A stretch of 61,976 nucleotides of DNA, counting the filler. It is 5 parts of 5 records of this genome, joined end to end, with 100 filler letters (N's around TTAATTAATTAA, not from the genome) between each part and the next. Parts side by side here need not be neighbours in the genome. Positions count along the whole stretch, not along the records: positions 43,798 to 52,749 come from SRR20825010_73; positions 52,850 to 57,587 come from SRR20825010_85; positions 57,688 to 61,976 come from SRR20825010_114; 2 more parts are not named here. One strand, 5' to 3'. Below are positions 49,043 through 59,315 of this stretch, one piece after another. Position 1 is the first letter of the stretch, and every line of letters starts with the position of its first letter. The position numbers and the translations under genes are program-made. The notes under the pieces were generated by a model. The model was not told the DNA's origin and made no database searches. It saw only the letters and a program-made list of their open reading frames with translations.

Positions 49043-51898
49043 ATGAGAATTATTAATAAAAATACACTTCTTTTATTGCTCTTTTCTTTACTTATTTCAA
49101 AAAATCTTAGGTCTCAAGAAAAATACGTAACAACTACAAATACTAAAGATGCTTTTGCTATTGCAGAAAATCAAAATGTAGCTCCTATTCTATATAGTAG
49201 CCAAGATTATCAAGGTGTACAAAAGGTTATTCTGAACCTTCAAAGCGATCTTGAAAAAGTTACAGGCATCCCTCCAAAGCTTTATACCGATGTTAGCAAA
49301 GTAAAAGACCTCCCTATTATTATTGGTACTATTAATAAGAGTCCGATTATAGATCAATTAATAAAGAATAAACTCATTGATGAGAATAGCTTGAGTGGAA
49401 AATGGGAAAAATTCATTATAAAAACACTAAAAAACCCTTTTCCAGGAATAAAAGAAGCAGTTGTTATTGCTGGCTCTGATAAAAGAGGTACTATTTACGG
49501 TATATACGATTTATGCAAACAAATGGGCGTTTCTCCATGGCATTTTTGGGCAGATGTTCCTGTAAAAAAATCCGATAAATTATATGTAATACCAGGGGTT
49601 CATACCATGAACGAACCTAAAGTTAAATATCGTGGAATTTTTATTAATGATGAAGCTCCAGCGTTAGCTGGCTGGGTACATGAAAATTATGGCTCTTTTA
49701 ATGCTGAATTCTACGAAAAAGTGTTTGAACTTATATTAAGATTGAAAGGAAATTACTTGTGGCCTGCTATGTGGGGAAGAATGTTTTATGTAGACGATCC
49801 TAAAAATAAAGAACTTGCCAATCTATATGGTATTGTAATGGGTACCTCTCACCATGAACCCTTAACAAGAGCGCATGCAGAATGGAAAAAATTTGGGACT
49901 GGAGCATGGGACTATCGTACCAATGCAGAGAACTTAGCTGCATTTTGGAAAGCAGGCATGGAAAGAATGGAAAATACAGAAACCATTGTTTCTATTGGTA
50001 TGCGAGGGGATGGAGACGAACCTATGACAGATGGAACGGCTATAGAACTTTTAGAAACTATTGTAAAAAAACAGCGGGAAATTATTAAGAATGTTACTCA
50101 AAAAAACATTCAAGAAACCCCACAATTATGGGCATTATATAAAGAAGTACAAGCTTATTACGATAAAGGGATGCGTGTTCCCGAAGATGTAACATTATTA
50201 CTTTGTGATGACAATTGGGGAAATATTAGAAAACTACCTAATCCATCTGATGCTCCCCGAAAAGGAGGATATGGTGTGTATTATCATTTTGATTATGTTG
50301 GAGATCCTAGAAATTACAAATGGATAAATACCAACCAAATTGAACGGACATGGGAGCAAATGCATTTGGCATATAAACATGGTGTAAAGGATATTTGGAT
50401 TGTAAATGTTGGCGATATCAAACCAATGGAATTCCCCATTTCATTTTTTTTAGATTATGCATGGAATCCTGAACAATGGAAAGCTAAAGATCTTCCTAAA
50501 TATTATTTGCAATGGAGTAGTGATACTTTTGGAGCTAAGTATGCTGAAGAAATAGCTGATATCCTAATGAAATACACAAAATATAACGCCAGAAGAAAGC
50601 CTGAACTACTTTCTTCAGAAACCTATAGCCTCCTTAATTACCAAGAAGCGGAAACTATACAAATGGAATTTGATTCCTTAACAGCAAAAGCAAAAAATAG
50701 CTATAAAAAAATACCCACGGCATATAAAGACGCGTATTATCAATTGGTATTATTTCCCGTTTTAGCGAGTGCTAATCTTAACAAATTGTATTTTGAAACC
50801 GCTAAGAATAAGCTTTACACTACGCAAGGAAGAGCCCTTGCCAATCAAACAATTAAGAATGTAGAAAATCTATTTGCTAATGATTCTATCCTTACCGCAT
50901 ATTATCATAAAAAACTTGCAGCTGGTAAATGGAATCATATGATGTCTCAAACTCATATTGGCTATACGTCTTGGCAAGAGCCAAAAAATAATTCTATTCC
51001 AAAAACCAACAGCATTATCCTTAAAGAAAAGGCCGAAATGGGAATTTCGGTTGAAGGTACTCATAAATGGTACCCTAAAAGCACTAATGCATTAGAACTA
51101 CCAGCATACTTGTCTCTTGATGATGAAAAACACTTTATTGAAATATTCAACAGGGGAAAAGAAAACTTTACTTATAGTATCAAAACAATTAATAATTGGT
51201 TGCAGTTTTCTCAAAAGAAAGGTACTATCAAAAATCAAAAAAGAATATGGGTTAGCCTTAACCAAAAAGAACTTCCTCCTGGTAAAAACGAAACCTATTT
51301 TTTTGTAGAAAAAGGCAAAGAACAGGTTAAAATTAAAGTAAAAATTAATAATCCCAAGCAAAATAAAATTACTGGTTTTATAGAAAACGACGGTTATATT
51401 TCTATGGAAGCAAAAAACTATACCCGTTCTAAAACTATGGAAGATTTTGAATGGATTACAGTTCCAAATCTAGGAAAAACCTCATCGGGGGTTACTACAT
51501 TTCCCGTTACCAAAAGCATTAAAAAAATAACTGATGCTTCTCCAAGATTAGAATTCGATTTTCATTTATTTACTTCTGGAGCTATAAAAATTCATGCCTA
51601 CTTCTCCCCTACGCTAAATTACAACACTAATGTTGGTCATTATTACGGCATTGGCATTGATAATCAACCCCCAGAAATTGTTGACTTTCATTTAAATGAC
51701 ACCAAATCGAATTGGAACCAATTAGTAGCAAACAATAGTAAGATTATAACAACCTCTCTAACAGCCACTAATGGAAATCACACCCTTAAATATTACATGA
51801 AAAGTAGTGGATTAGTATTACAAAAAATAGTAATAGAAACAACATCTATAAAAGAAAGTTATTTAGGTCCCAAAGAAAGCTTCGAAATAAAAAAATAA
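49043..51898 (+). CDS. Glycoside hydrolase family 115 (xylan alpha-1,2-glucuronidase-like)
   Basis: GSDKRGTIYG, YRGIFINDE, NYLWPAMW, GTSHHEP, GMRGDGD, DDNWG, YYHFDYVG, NVGDIKP. Confidence 0.93.
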   Translation: MRIINKNTLLLLLFSLLISKNLRSQEKYVTTTNTKDAFAIAENQNVAPILYSSQDYQGVQKVILNLQSDLEKVTGIPPKLYTDVSKVKDLPIIIGTINKSPIIDQLIKNKLIDENSLSGKWEKFIIKTLKNPFPGIKEAVVIAGSDKRGTIYGIYDLCKQMGVSPWHFWADVPVKKSDKLYVIPGVHTMNEPKVKYRGIFINDEAPALAGWVHENYGSFNAEFYEKVFELILRLKGNYLWPAMWGRMFYVDDPKNKELANLYGIVMGTSHHEPLTRAHAEWKKFGTGAWDYRTNAENLAAFWKAGMERMENTETIVSIGMRGDGDEPMTDGTAIELLETIVKKQREIIKNVTQKNIQETPQLWALYKEVQAYYDKGMRVPEDVTLLLCDDNWGNIRKLPNPSDAPRKGGYGVYYHFDYVGDPRNYKWINTNQIERTWEQMHLAYKHGVKDIWIVNVGDIKPMEFPISFFLDYAWNPEQWKAKDLPKYYLQWSSDTFGAKYAEEIADILMKYTKYNARRKPELLSSETYSLLNYQEAETIQMEFDSLTAKAKNSYKKIPTAYKDAYYQLVLFPVLASANLNKLYFETAKNKLYTTQGRALANQTIKNVENLFANDSILTAYYHKKLAAGKWNHMMSQTHIGYTSWQEPKNNSIPKTNSIILKEKAEMGISVEGTHKWYPKSTNALELPAYLSLDDEKHFIEIFNRGKENFTYSIKTINNWLQFSQKKGTIKNQKRIWVSLNQKELPPGKNETYFFVEKGKEQVKIKVKINNPKQNKITGFIENDGYISMEAKNYTRSKTMEDFEWITVPNLGKTSSGVTTFPVTKSIKKITDASPRLEFDFHLFTSGAIKIHAYFSPTLNYNTNVGHYYGIGIDNQPPEIVDFHLNDTKSNWNQLVANNSKIITTSLTATNGNHTLKYYMKSSGLVLQKIVIETTSIKESYLGPKESFEIKK

Positions 51899-51920
51899 TC
51901 ATTTTTTCAGTCATAAAAAC

Positions 51921-52749
51921 ATGCGATACACACAAACATTTATAAAATTATCTTATCTCATTATCATCGTCTTTTTAGGATGTAAAACATCAAATAAAAA
52001 AGAATCAGAAAATAAAGATACCGCCCAAAAAGAAATTATAAAAAAAGAAGAGGCAATTCAAAATCCTTTGATAACACATATGTACACTGCCGACCCATCT
52101 GCGCATGTGTTTAACGGAAAACTATACATATATCCTTCGCATGATATTGAATCTACAGTAACTAACGATGAAGAAGGGAATCATTTTAATATGAAAGATT
52201 ATCATGTCTTTTCTATGGATAGCATTCCTGGAGAAGTAATAGATTATGGAAAAGCATTAGATGTAAAGCAAGTGGCGTGGGCAAAAAAACAACTATGGGC
52301 ACCAGATGCAGCAGAAAAAAACGGCACCTATTATTTATATTTTCCAGCTAAAGATTCTGAAAATATATTTAGAATTGGCGTGGCTACTAGCAAAAAACCC
52401 ACTGGTCCTTTTACTCCCCTTCCTAATCCAATTCCTGGTAGTTTTAGTATCGACCCAAGTGTCTTTAAAGATAATGATGGAAGTTATTATATGTATTTTG
52501 GAGGGATTATGGGCGGTCAATTACAACGCTGGACTACTGGAGTTTACCTTCCTAAAGATGAATATCCAGCCAATGACAGTGCTGCTTTAAGTCCAAAAAT
52601 AGCAAAACTAGCTACAGACATGGTTCATTTTGAAACACCTCCAAAAGATGTTCAAATTCTTGATAAAGAAGGAAATCCAATACGCACAGGCGACCATGAC
52701 AGACGATTTTTTGAAGCTGCATGGATGCATAAATACCAAGGAAAATATT
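51921..52749 (+). CDS. GH43 beta-xylosidase/arabinofuranosidase (GH43_1-like lipoprotein), cut by contig end
   Basis: YTADPSAH, YPSHD, WAPDAA, SIDP, YFGG, RRFFEA. Confidence 0.9.
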
Positions 52750-52849
52750 NNNNNNNNNNNNNNNNNNNNNNNNNNNNNNNNNNNNNNNNNNNNTTAATTA
52801 ATTAANNNNNNNNNNNNNNNNNNNNNNNNNNNNNNNNNNNNNNNNNNNN
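52750..52849. other. Artificial contig linker
   Basis: N-TTAATTAATTAA-N; GC shift across it. Confidence 0.97.
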
Positions 52850-52916
52850 CGACGACATCTCCTGCTGGTCGCAGAACCGCCGTGCTGTCACGGTGCTGAA
52901 TGGTGGCAGCAGCTAA
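52850..52916 (+). CDS. pal: Peptidoglycan-associated lipoprotein Pal, C-terminal fragment (not in ORF track)
   Basis: DDISCWSQNRRAVTVLNGGSS*, the Rhizobiales Pal/Omp16 C-terminus. Confidence 0.85.
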
Positions 52917-52934
52917 GCTTCTGCACCAGGAACG

Positions 52935-52974
52935 AAAAAAAGCCGCGCCGGACATTGTCCGCGCGGCTTTTTTT
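52935..52974. terminator. Bidirectional intrinsic terminator between pal and rpe
   Basis: A7-GCCGCGC(C)GGAC-ATT-GTCCGCGCGGC-T7. Confidence 0.9.
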
Positions 52975-52991
52975 ATTGGCGCAATCGAGGG

Positions 52992-53663
52992 TCAGCGGTC
53001 TGCCGCCTCGCGGATTGCGGCGATGTTTTTCGCGTAGGCCTCTTCGCTGTTGCCCTTGAAGACGGCGGATCCGGCGACCAGCACATTGGCGCCTGCGGCA
53101 GTCAGCTCCCCGGCGTTTGCAGGCGAGACACCGCCATCGATCTCGATGTCGATGGGGCGTTCGCCGATCATTGCCTTGATGCGGCGCACCTTCTCGACCA
53201 CGGACGGGATGAAGGCCTGTCCACCGAAGCCTGGGTTGACGGTCATCAGGAGCACGAGGTCGAGCTCGTCGAGCACATATTCGATGACGTTTTCCGGAGT
53301 GGAAGGATTGAGCGAAACGCCGGCCTTCTTGCCGAGATTCCGGATCGTCTGGAGGGACCGGTGGAGATGCGGACCGGCTTCGGCATGAACAGTGATGATG
53401 TCGCAGCCCGCATCTGCAAACGCGGTGAGGAACGGATCCGCTGGCGTGATCATCAGGTGGCAATCGAACACCTTGTCGGTGCGGTCACGAATTGCCTTGA
53501 TGATCGGCGGGCCGAAGGTGATGTTGGGGACGAAATGCCCGTCCATCACGTCAAGATGTATCCAGTCAGCGCCCGCCTTTGCGACGGTTTCGACCTCTTC
53601 GCCGAGACGAGAGAAATCCGAAGCGAGAATGGAAGGGGCGATGAGCGTGTTGCGCGCAGTCAT
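52992..53663 (-). CDS. rpe: Ribulose-phosphate 3-epimerase
   Basis: [37 protein letters not shown]. Confidence 0.96.
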   Translation of the reverse strand: MTARNTLIAPSILASDFSRLGEEVETVAKAGADWIHLDVMDGHFVPNITFGPPIIKAIRDRTDKVFDCHLMITPADPFLTAFADAGCDIITVHAEAGPHLHRSLQTIRNLGKKAGVSLNPSTPENVIEYVLDELDLVLLMTVNPGFGGQAFIPSVVEKVRRIKAMIGERPIDIEIDGGVSPANAGELTAAGANVLVAGSAVFKGNSEEAYAKNIAAIREAADR

Positions 53664-53728
53664 TGCGATTTCCCGGAACGATGAGACTGGCCTGCCCTAA
53701 CGCCTCTGCCGGCGCTTGTCGAGGTGCC

Positions 53729-54427
53729 TCACAGATGTGTCACCATGCGATGCGAGGACGGATGGACAAGGTGGGCCAGCGTGATCGGCTCACCCTTCAT
53801 CCAGGTGATACGCTCGCCGATGAATACGGGGTCGCCTTCCCTAATCTGCAACAGGGACGCCTCATCGGCACTGGCAGCACCCGCCATGAACGTAAATTCC
53901 GCATTCGAGAACGGAGCGTGGCCGACAAGCCATTCGTTCGGCCCCATCAGCGTGAAGTCGGCCGTGCGGGCATCGGGCACGGTGTTCAGATTGATCCAGC
54001 GATCTTCAAACTGGTAGGGAACGCGGTCCGCCAGATGGAGGCAGCGAACATGCAGCATGTTGGACTTCGTCAGCAGGCTGAGCCGGGCACAGATGACTTC
54101 CGGTGCATTGGCCTCTTCCACGCTCAAAAGGCGGTACTGATATTCGGAACCGCGCGCTTCGATCTCCTGGCGGATGCGTGGAATGACGAAGCGGGCTTCA
54201 CGCACCGGATGGAGGGCGACGCGGGTGCCCGCGCGGCGCTTTCGCTCGAGGATTCCGGCGCGGGCCAGCTCCTGCAGGGCCCGATTGACCGTGGCACGGG
54301 CGGCGCCAAATTCCTCGGCCAGCGCTTCCTCTCCAGGGATGAGTGTTCCCGGCAGCCAAACTCTCTCGGCAATGCGCCGGGAAAGCTCGTCGCGTATGGT
54401 GCGAAATGAAGCGCGTCGGCCGGTCAC
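53729..54427 (-). CDS. hutC: Histidine utilization repressor (GntR + UTRA); GTG start overlaps hutF stop
   Basis: IPGEEALAEEFGAARATVNRAL HTH, RRAGT, EDRWIN, PNEWLV. Confidence 0.88.
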   Translation of the reverse strand: MTGRRASFRTIRDELSRRIAERVWLPGTLIPGEEALAEEFGAARATVNRALQELARAGILERKRRAGTRVALHPVREARFVIPRIRQEIEARGSEYQYRLLSVEEANAPEVICARLSLLTKSNMLHVRCLHLADRVPYQFEDRWINLNTVPDARTADFTLMGPNEWLVGHAPFSNAEFTFMAGAASADEASLLQIREGDPVFIGERITWMKGEPITLAHLVHPSSHRMVTHL

Positions 54428-55794
54428 AGCAACTCCATCAGATTTTGTATCGTCTGCGCATAGCGCGCAGCGATGGTTTCGCGTTCGATGTGGGACCCTT
54501 CGCGTACGCAATGGCGCCCTGCCGACCAGACGTCGCTGACAGCGCCATTGTCACCTGTAAAGATCCAGCCGTCCAGCAAACCATCGTCATGGGCTGCGCC
54601 CGCGTAACTGGACTGCTTGATCGCGACGAGGTCGGCCCAGTATCCCGGCTGGATCGCTCCGGAAGCACGGCCGAGGGCCTGTGATCCGCCTGCAAGCGCA
54701 GCATCATAAAGCGTGCGACCGCAGGATTGCCCGTGCCCGGCCAGCACCACGCGGGCGGTATCGCGCAGGCGCTGGGAGTATTCGAACTGGCGCAACTCCT
54801 CGGCAACGGTGATGCGAATGTTGGAGTCGGAACCGATACCGAGTGCGCCACCGGCCTGCCGGTATTGCGGACCGTTGAAAATTCCGTCTCCCAGATTGGC
54901 TTCGGTCACCGGACATAGTCCGGCAACAGCGCCGGTTTCGGCCAGATTTGCGGTTTCTTCGTCGGTCATGTGGGTGCAATGGATCAAGCACCAGCGCTCG
55001 TTGACGCCGCAATTGTCGAGCAGCCATTCCACCGGACGTTGTCCGTAGGCCGCGCGCACCTCGTCGATCTCCGGCAGTTGCTCGGCGATGTGCATGTGGA
55101 TCGGTGTATCCGGGCGCATGGACTGAGCCTCGCGAAGGTCATCAAGGCCGACCGCGCGGAGTGAATGCGGCGCGACGCCGAGATGCGCATCCGCTGACAG
55201 ATTGGCCACGCACTCTTCGGCGCGGGCAAGCAGCTTCTGGTATCGGTCGAGATCGTTGCCAAACCGCTGTTGGCCACCTTGAAGTGGTCGCTGGTCAACG
55301 CCGCCATAGCGATACAGGACTGGCAGCAGTGTGAGGCCGATCCCTGTCTGCTCTGCGGCACTCGCGATGCGTGCTGACAGTTCTCCGACGTCACTGTAGG
55401 CCGCACCGCCCGGCTGATGGTGGACATAATGAAACTCCGCAACGGCGGCAAAGCCCGCTTCCTGCATTTCCATGAAGGCGAAAGCGGCAATGGCTTCCAC
55501 ATCGTCTGGCGATAGCAGGTCCAGAAAGCGGTACATGATTTCCCGCCAGGTCCAGAAGCTGTCGCGGCCAGCCGGGCCCCGCCGCTCGGCAAGGCCAGCC
55601 ATGGCGCGCTGGAAGGTATGGCTATGCAGGTTGCACATGGCGGGAAGGAGGAGCGGAACACTGGTCGTTCTGCCATCGACCGGTTGCGCTTTGACTGTCA
55701 CGTTGCTGATGCGGCCCGAATCACTAAGCTCGACAAGCACATCTTTTTGCCAACCGTCTGGTGTGAGAGCATTCTGCGCAAAAATGGCTTGCAT
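54424..55794 (-). CDS. hutF: Formimidoylglutamate deiminase
   Basis: NLHSHTFQRAMAG, SFWTWRE, EFHYVH, APHSLRAV, HIAEQ, TEANLGDG. Confidence 0.95.
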   Translation of the reverse strand: MQAIFAQNALTPDGWQKDVLVELSDSGRISNVTVKAQPVDGRTTSVPLLLPAMCNLHSHTFQRAMAGLAERRGPAGRDSFWTWREIMYRFLDLLSPDDVEAIAAFAFMEMQEAGFAAVAEFHYVHHQPGGAAYSDVGELSARIASAAEQTGIGLTLLPVLYRYGGVDQRPLQGGQQRFGNDLDRYQKLLARAEECVANLSADAHLGVAPHSLRAVGLDDLREAQSMRPDTPIHMHIAEQLPEIDEVRAAYGQRPVEWLLDNCGVNERWCLIHCTHMTDEETANLAETGAVAGLCPVTEANLGDGIFNGPQYRQAGGALGIGSDSNIRITVAEELRQFEYSQRLRDTARVVLAGHGQSCGRTLYDAALAGGSQALGRASGAIQPGYWADLVAIKQSSYAGAAHDDGLLDGWIFTGDNGAVSDVWSAGRHCVREGSHIERETIAARYAQTIQNLMELL

Positions 55795-55816
55795 CGCGTG
55801 CCAGTCCTAGATTAAT

Positions 55817-55830
55817 TATGTCTATACATA
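55817..55830. promoter_or_regulatory. HutC operator
   Basis: Near-palindrome TATGTCTATACATA between divergent hutF and hutI, matching the TGTA-N2-TACA-type HutC box. Confidence 0.75.
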
Positions 55831-55902
55831 TAGGAATAATACTAGACAATAAAGCGCGCTTAGGCAATATGCCCTGTACAAGGAGGGAGGGGTCTTCCTG
55901 TC

Positions 55903-57111
55903 ATGAAGCAGAGTGTCATCAGCGGTATCCGCTTGGCAAGCATGTGCGAGAATTCCGGATCCTACGGGCTGACAGAGGATGCAGCTATCGCGATCAGCGA
56001 TGGTAAGATCGCCTGGTCCGGTGTGTCGAATGAATTGCCCGACGCATTTCTCGATTGGAAACGTGTCGATTTCGACGGGCGGCTTGCGACGCCAGCGCTG
56101 GTGGATTGCCATACGCACCTTGTTTTCGGAGGCAATCGGGCAAGAGAGTTCGAGATGCGGCTCGAGGGTGCGAGCTACGAGGAAGTGGCGCGCGCGGGCG
56201 GCGGCATTGTTTCCACCGTCGCGGCGACCCGTGCGATGAGTGAGGACGCGCTGGTCGAAGATGCGCTGAAGCGGCTTGACGCGCTTTTGGCCGAAGGTGT
56301 CGCAACAGTTGAAGTGAAGTCGGGCTACGGGCTCGCCATTCAAGATGAATTAAAGATGCTGCGTGCTGCGCGCCGTCTGGCAACGCTGCGCCCGGTGCGG
56401 ATCAGGACGAGCTATCTTGCCGCCCATGCGGTGCCGGCGGAATATCGCGGCAAGGAAGACGCTTATATCGATGAGGTCGTGCTTCCGGGCATGGAGATGG
56501 CCCAGGCCGAGGGACTGGCTGATGCGGTTGACGGGTTCTGCGAAGGGATCGCGTTTTCGCCGGAGCAGATGGCCCGGGTGTTCGATAAGGCGCGGGCGCT
56601 TGGTCTGCCGGTAAAACTACATGCCGAGCAACTTTCCAACCTGGGTGGAGCGAGACTGGCGGCATCCTACGGTGCGCTGTCAGCGGACCATCTGGAATAT
56701 CTCGACGAAGAGGGCGTTGCGGCCATGGCCGCGGCGGGGACGGTGGCGGTGTTGCTGCCGGGCGCTTTCTATACTTTGCGCGAGACGCAGCATCCTCCGC
56801 TTGCCGCGCTCAGGAAGCATGGGGTGCGGATTGCGGTTGCCACCGACTGCAATCCTGGCTCCTCGCCGCTCGCCTCACTGCTTTTGACCATCAACATGGC
56901 TTGCACGCTGTTCCGCATGACGCCGGAAGAAGCGCTGGCCGGGGCGACGCGTGAAGCGGCACGCGCTCTGGGGCTCGCCGATGAGATTGGCACGATCGAG
57001 GCCGGCAAGCGCGCCGAGATCGCCATCTGGGATGTCGAGCATCCCGCCGAGCTTGCCTATCGCATCGGTTTCAATCCGCTGCATCGCCTTGTTTCAGGAG
57101 ATCATGCATGA
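55903..57111 (+). CDS. hutI: Imidazolonepropionase
   Basis: [43 protein letters not shown]. Confidence 0.96.
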   Translation: MKQSVISGIRLASMCENSGSYGLTEDAAIAISDGKIAWSGVSNELPDAFLDWKRVDFDGRLATPALVDCHTHLVFGGNRAREFEMRLEGASYEEVARAGGGIVSTVAATRAMSEDALVEDALKRLDALLAEGVATVEVKSGYGLAIQDELKMLRAARRLATLRPVRIRTSYLAAHAVPAEYRGKEDAYIDEVVLPGMEMAQAEGLADAVDGFCEGIAFSPEQMARVFDKARALGLPVKLHAEQLSNLGGARLAASYGALSADHLEYLDEEGVAAMAAAGTVAVLLPGAFYTLRETQHPPLAALRKHGVRIAVATDCNPGSSPLASLLLTINMACTLFRMTPEEALAGATREAARALGLADEIGTIEAGKRAEIAIWDVEHPAELAYRIGFNPLHRLVSGDHA

Positions 57112-57587
57112 CGCTTGTTCTGTCGCCCGGTGCGGTGACGATCCGGGATCTGGAACATATCTGGCGCGATGGCACACCTGTACGCCTCGACAAGGGCTGC
57201 CATGCTGGCATCGAGGCGGCAGCGGAGCGGATAGATCAGATCGCGCGCGGCAATGCGGCTGTCTATGGCGTCAATACCGGTTTCGGAAAACTCGCCAGCG
57301 TGAGCATCCCGCCGCACGATGTGGAGACGCTTCAGCGCAATCTCATTCTGTCCCATTGCTGCGGCGTCGGTGCGCCGCTTGATGAAAGCATCGTGCGGCT
57401 GATCATGTCGCTCAAGCTTCTGTCTCTCGGACGTGGAGCCTCCGGTGTCCGCATGGAGGTGGTGAAACTGATCGAAGAGATGCTGGCGCGGGGTGTCGTG
57501 CCGGTGATTCCGGAAAAGGGCTCGGTGGGCGCCTCGGGCGATCTGGCGCCGCTTGCCCACATGGCCGCTGCCATGATGGGCGAGGGC
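57108..57587 (+). CDS. hutH: Histidine ammonia-lyase (5' part, cut by contig end)
   Basis: [21 protein letters not shown]-forming GASGDLAPL. Confidence 0.95.
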
Positions 57588-57687
57588 NNNNNNNNNNNNN
57601 NNNNNNNNNNNNNNNNNNNNNNNNNNNNNNNTTAATTAATTAANNNNNNNNNNNNNNNNNNNNNNNNNNNNNNNNNNNNNNNNNNNN
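57588..57687. other. Artificial contig linker
   Basis: N-TTAATTAATTAA-N. Confidence 0.97.
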
Positions 57688-58275
57688 TCGATCAACCATG
57701 TGGTCTGTCACGGTATTCCCGGCGACAAGAAGCTTGGCAATGGCGACATCATGAATATTGATGTCACGGTGATTCTTGATGGTTGGTATGGCGATACGTC
57801 ACGCATGTATATTGCGGGCACGCCAAAGGTTATGGCGCAACGCCTTGTCGATGTGACCTATGAGTCGCTTTGGCGCGGGATCAATGCGGTTAAGCCGGGT
57901 GCGACCCTTGGCGATATTGGTCATGCCATTCAGTCCTATGCCGAAAGCGAACGGTTTTCGGTTGTGCGTGATTTCTGTGGTCACGGCCTTGGTCAGGTGT
58001 TTCATGATGCGCCAAATATCTTGCATTACGGCAAGCCGGGCGAAGGGCTTGTTCTGGAACCGGGCATGATCTTTACGATTGAACCCATGATCAATCAGGG
58101 CACCTATGCGTGTAAAATTTTGCCCGATGGCTGGACAGCTGTGACGCGAGACCGCAAACTGTCGGCACAGTTTGAACATTCGCTGGCCGTGACGGAAGAC
58201 GGGTTTGAAGTTTTCACCCGATCCCCGGCCGGTCTGGACAAACCGCCCTATGACATCAGCGCGGCAGCCGAGTAA
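57688..58275 (+). CDS. map: Type I methionine aminopeptidase (5'-truncated)
   Basis: SINHVVCHGIP, GDTSRM, FCGHG, TIEPMIN, SAQFEH. Confidence 0.95.
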   Translation, partial: SINHVVCHGIPGDKKLGNGDIMNIDVTVILDGWYGDTSRMYIAGTPKVMAQRLVDVTYESLWRGINAVKPGATLGDIGHAIQSYAESERFSVVRDFCGHGLGQVFHDAPNILHYGKPGEGLVLEPGMIFTIEPMINQGTYACKILPDGWTAVTRDRKLSAQFEHSLAVTEDGFEVFTRSPAGLDKPPYDISAAAE

Positions 58276-58297
58276 GGCAAAAACGGAGGAAGCAGAT

Positions 58298-59185
58298 TTG
58301 AGCGAGACAGAAGATCGCAAGCCTGCTTCCACTTCCCCGGCTGACATCAATCCGGCTGAAATCAATGACGGCACGCGGGTCTTTTTTAATCAGACCCGCG
58401 ATCCTGCATCTTCGGGAACCACGCCCGCTTTAACGCCAGATGTGGCTTCGCAAAATGCAGCTTCGTCCGCAATGACTGCCGCTGGCAAAGCCACAAATCC
58501 GTCCAAGACAGCAAAGCCGCATTATCACGGTCACCGTCAACGGTTGCGCGAACGGTTTGTCAAAGGCGGCCCAACTGCACTGGCCGATTACGAACTGCTG
58601 GAACTGATGTTGTGCATGGCGATGCCGCGCGGCGATGTCAAACCATTGGCAAAAGCGTTGATTGCGCAATTTGGCAGCTTTGCCAATGTGCTATCAGCCC
58701 GGGCGGAAGACCTGCAAACTGCCAAGGGGCTTGGCGAAGCCGGCATTGCCGCAATTAAAATCGCCGAGGCCAGCGCACAACATCTATCGCGTGAACGGGC
58801 AATGGAATTGCCGGTAATTGCCAGTTGGGAACAGTTGATTGACTATTGCCGGGTGCGCATCGGGCATCTTAAGACCGAAGAATTGCATTTGCTGTTTCTC
58901 GACCGCAAGAACCGCCTGATTGCCGATGAATGCCATCAACGCGGCACGGTCGATCATACCCCGGTCTATCCGCGCGAAGTGATCAAACGTGCGCTGGAGC
59001 TTCATGCCAGTGCAATCATTCTGGTTCATAATCATCCCAGCGGCGATGCCACCCCGTCAAAGGGTGACATCGATATGACCCGTAAAATCATTGATGCCGC
59101 CAAGGCGATGGAAATGAGTGTTCATGACCACATCATCATCAGCCAAGCGGGATATAATTCGTTTAAAAGTCTTGGCCTGATCTGA
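58298..59185 (+). CDS. radC: RadC/UPF0758 JAB-domain protein with N-terminal low-complexity extension
   Basis: GHRQRLRERF, ADYELLE, VYPREV, VHNHPSG, HDHIII; GGAGGA RBS before TTG at 58298; familiar map-radC adjacency. Confidence 0.92.
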   Translation: MSETEDRKPASTSPADINPAEINDGTRVFFNQTRDPASSGTTPALTPDVASQNAASSAMTAAGKATNPSKTAKPHYHGHRQRLRERFVKGGPTALADYELLELMLCMAMPRGDVKPLAKALIAQFGSFANVLSARAEDLQTAKGLGEAGIAAIKIAEASAQHLSRERAMELPVIASWEQLIDYCRVRIGHLKTEELHLLFLDRKNRLIADECHQRGTVDHTPVYPREVIKRALELHASAIILVHNHPSGDATPSKGDIDMTRKIIDAAKAMEMSVHDHIIISQAGYNSFKSLGLI

Positions 59186-59213
59186 CCAAGACCACCTTCA
59201 ACATCACCACGCA

Positions 59214-59256
59214 CAAAAAACACGGACCAGCATAATCCCATTAAGGTGCTGGTCCG
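59214..59256 (-). terminator. Terminator-like hairpin between convergent radC and mipA
   Basis: CGGACCAGCA / TGCTGGTCCG 10-bp stem; T-run on the minus strand. Confidence 0.65.
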
Positions 59257-59315
59257 CTTAGATCACAGCGACATCATTGGAAAGTTCCCAAGATGTTTGG
59301 CGACGGTAGTCGGTC

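Noticed and set aside
54428-54511. N-terminal extension of hutC
   Set aside because: Overlaps hutF; the GTGA-coupled start at 54427 has a GGAG RBS
58298-59185. radC as a marker of a mobile or defence element
   Set aside because: Full-length chromosomal type next to map; no integrase, att site or defence genes nearby
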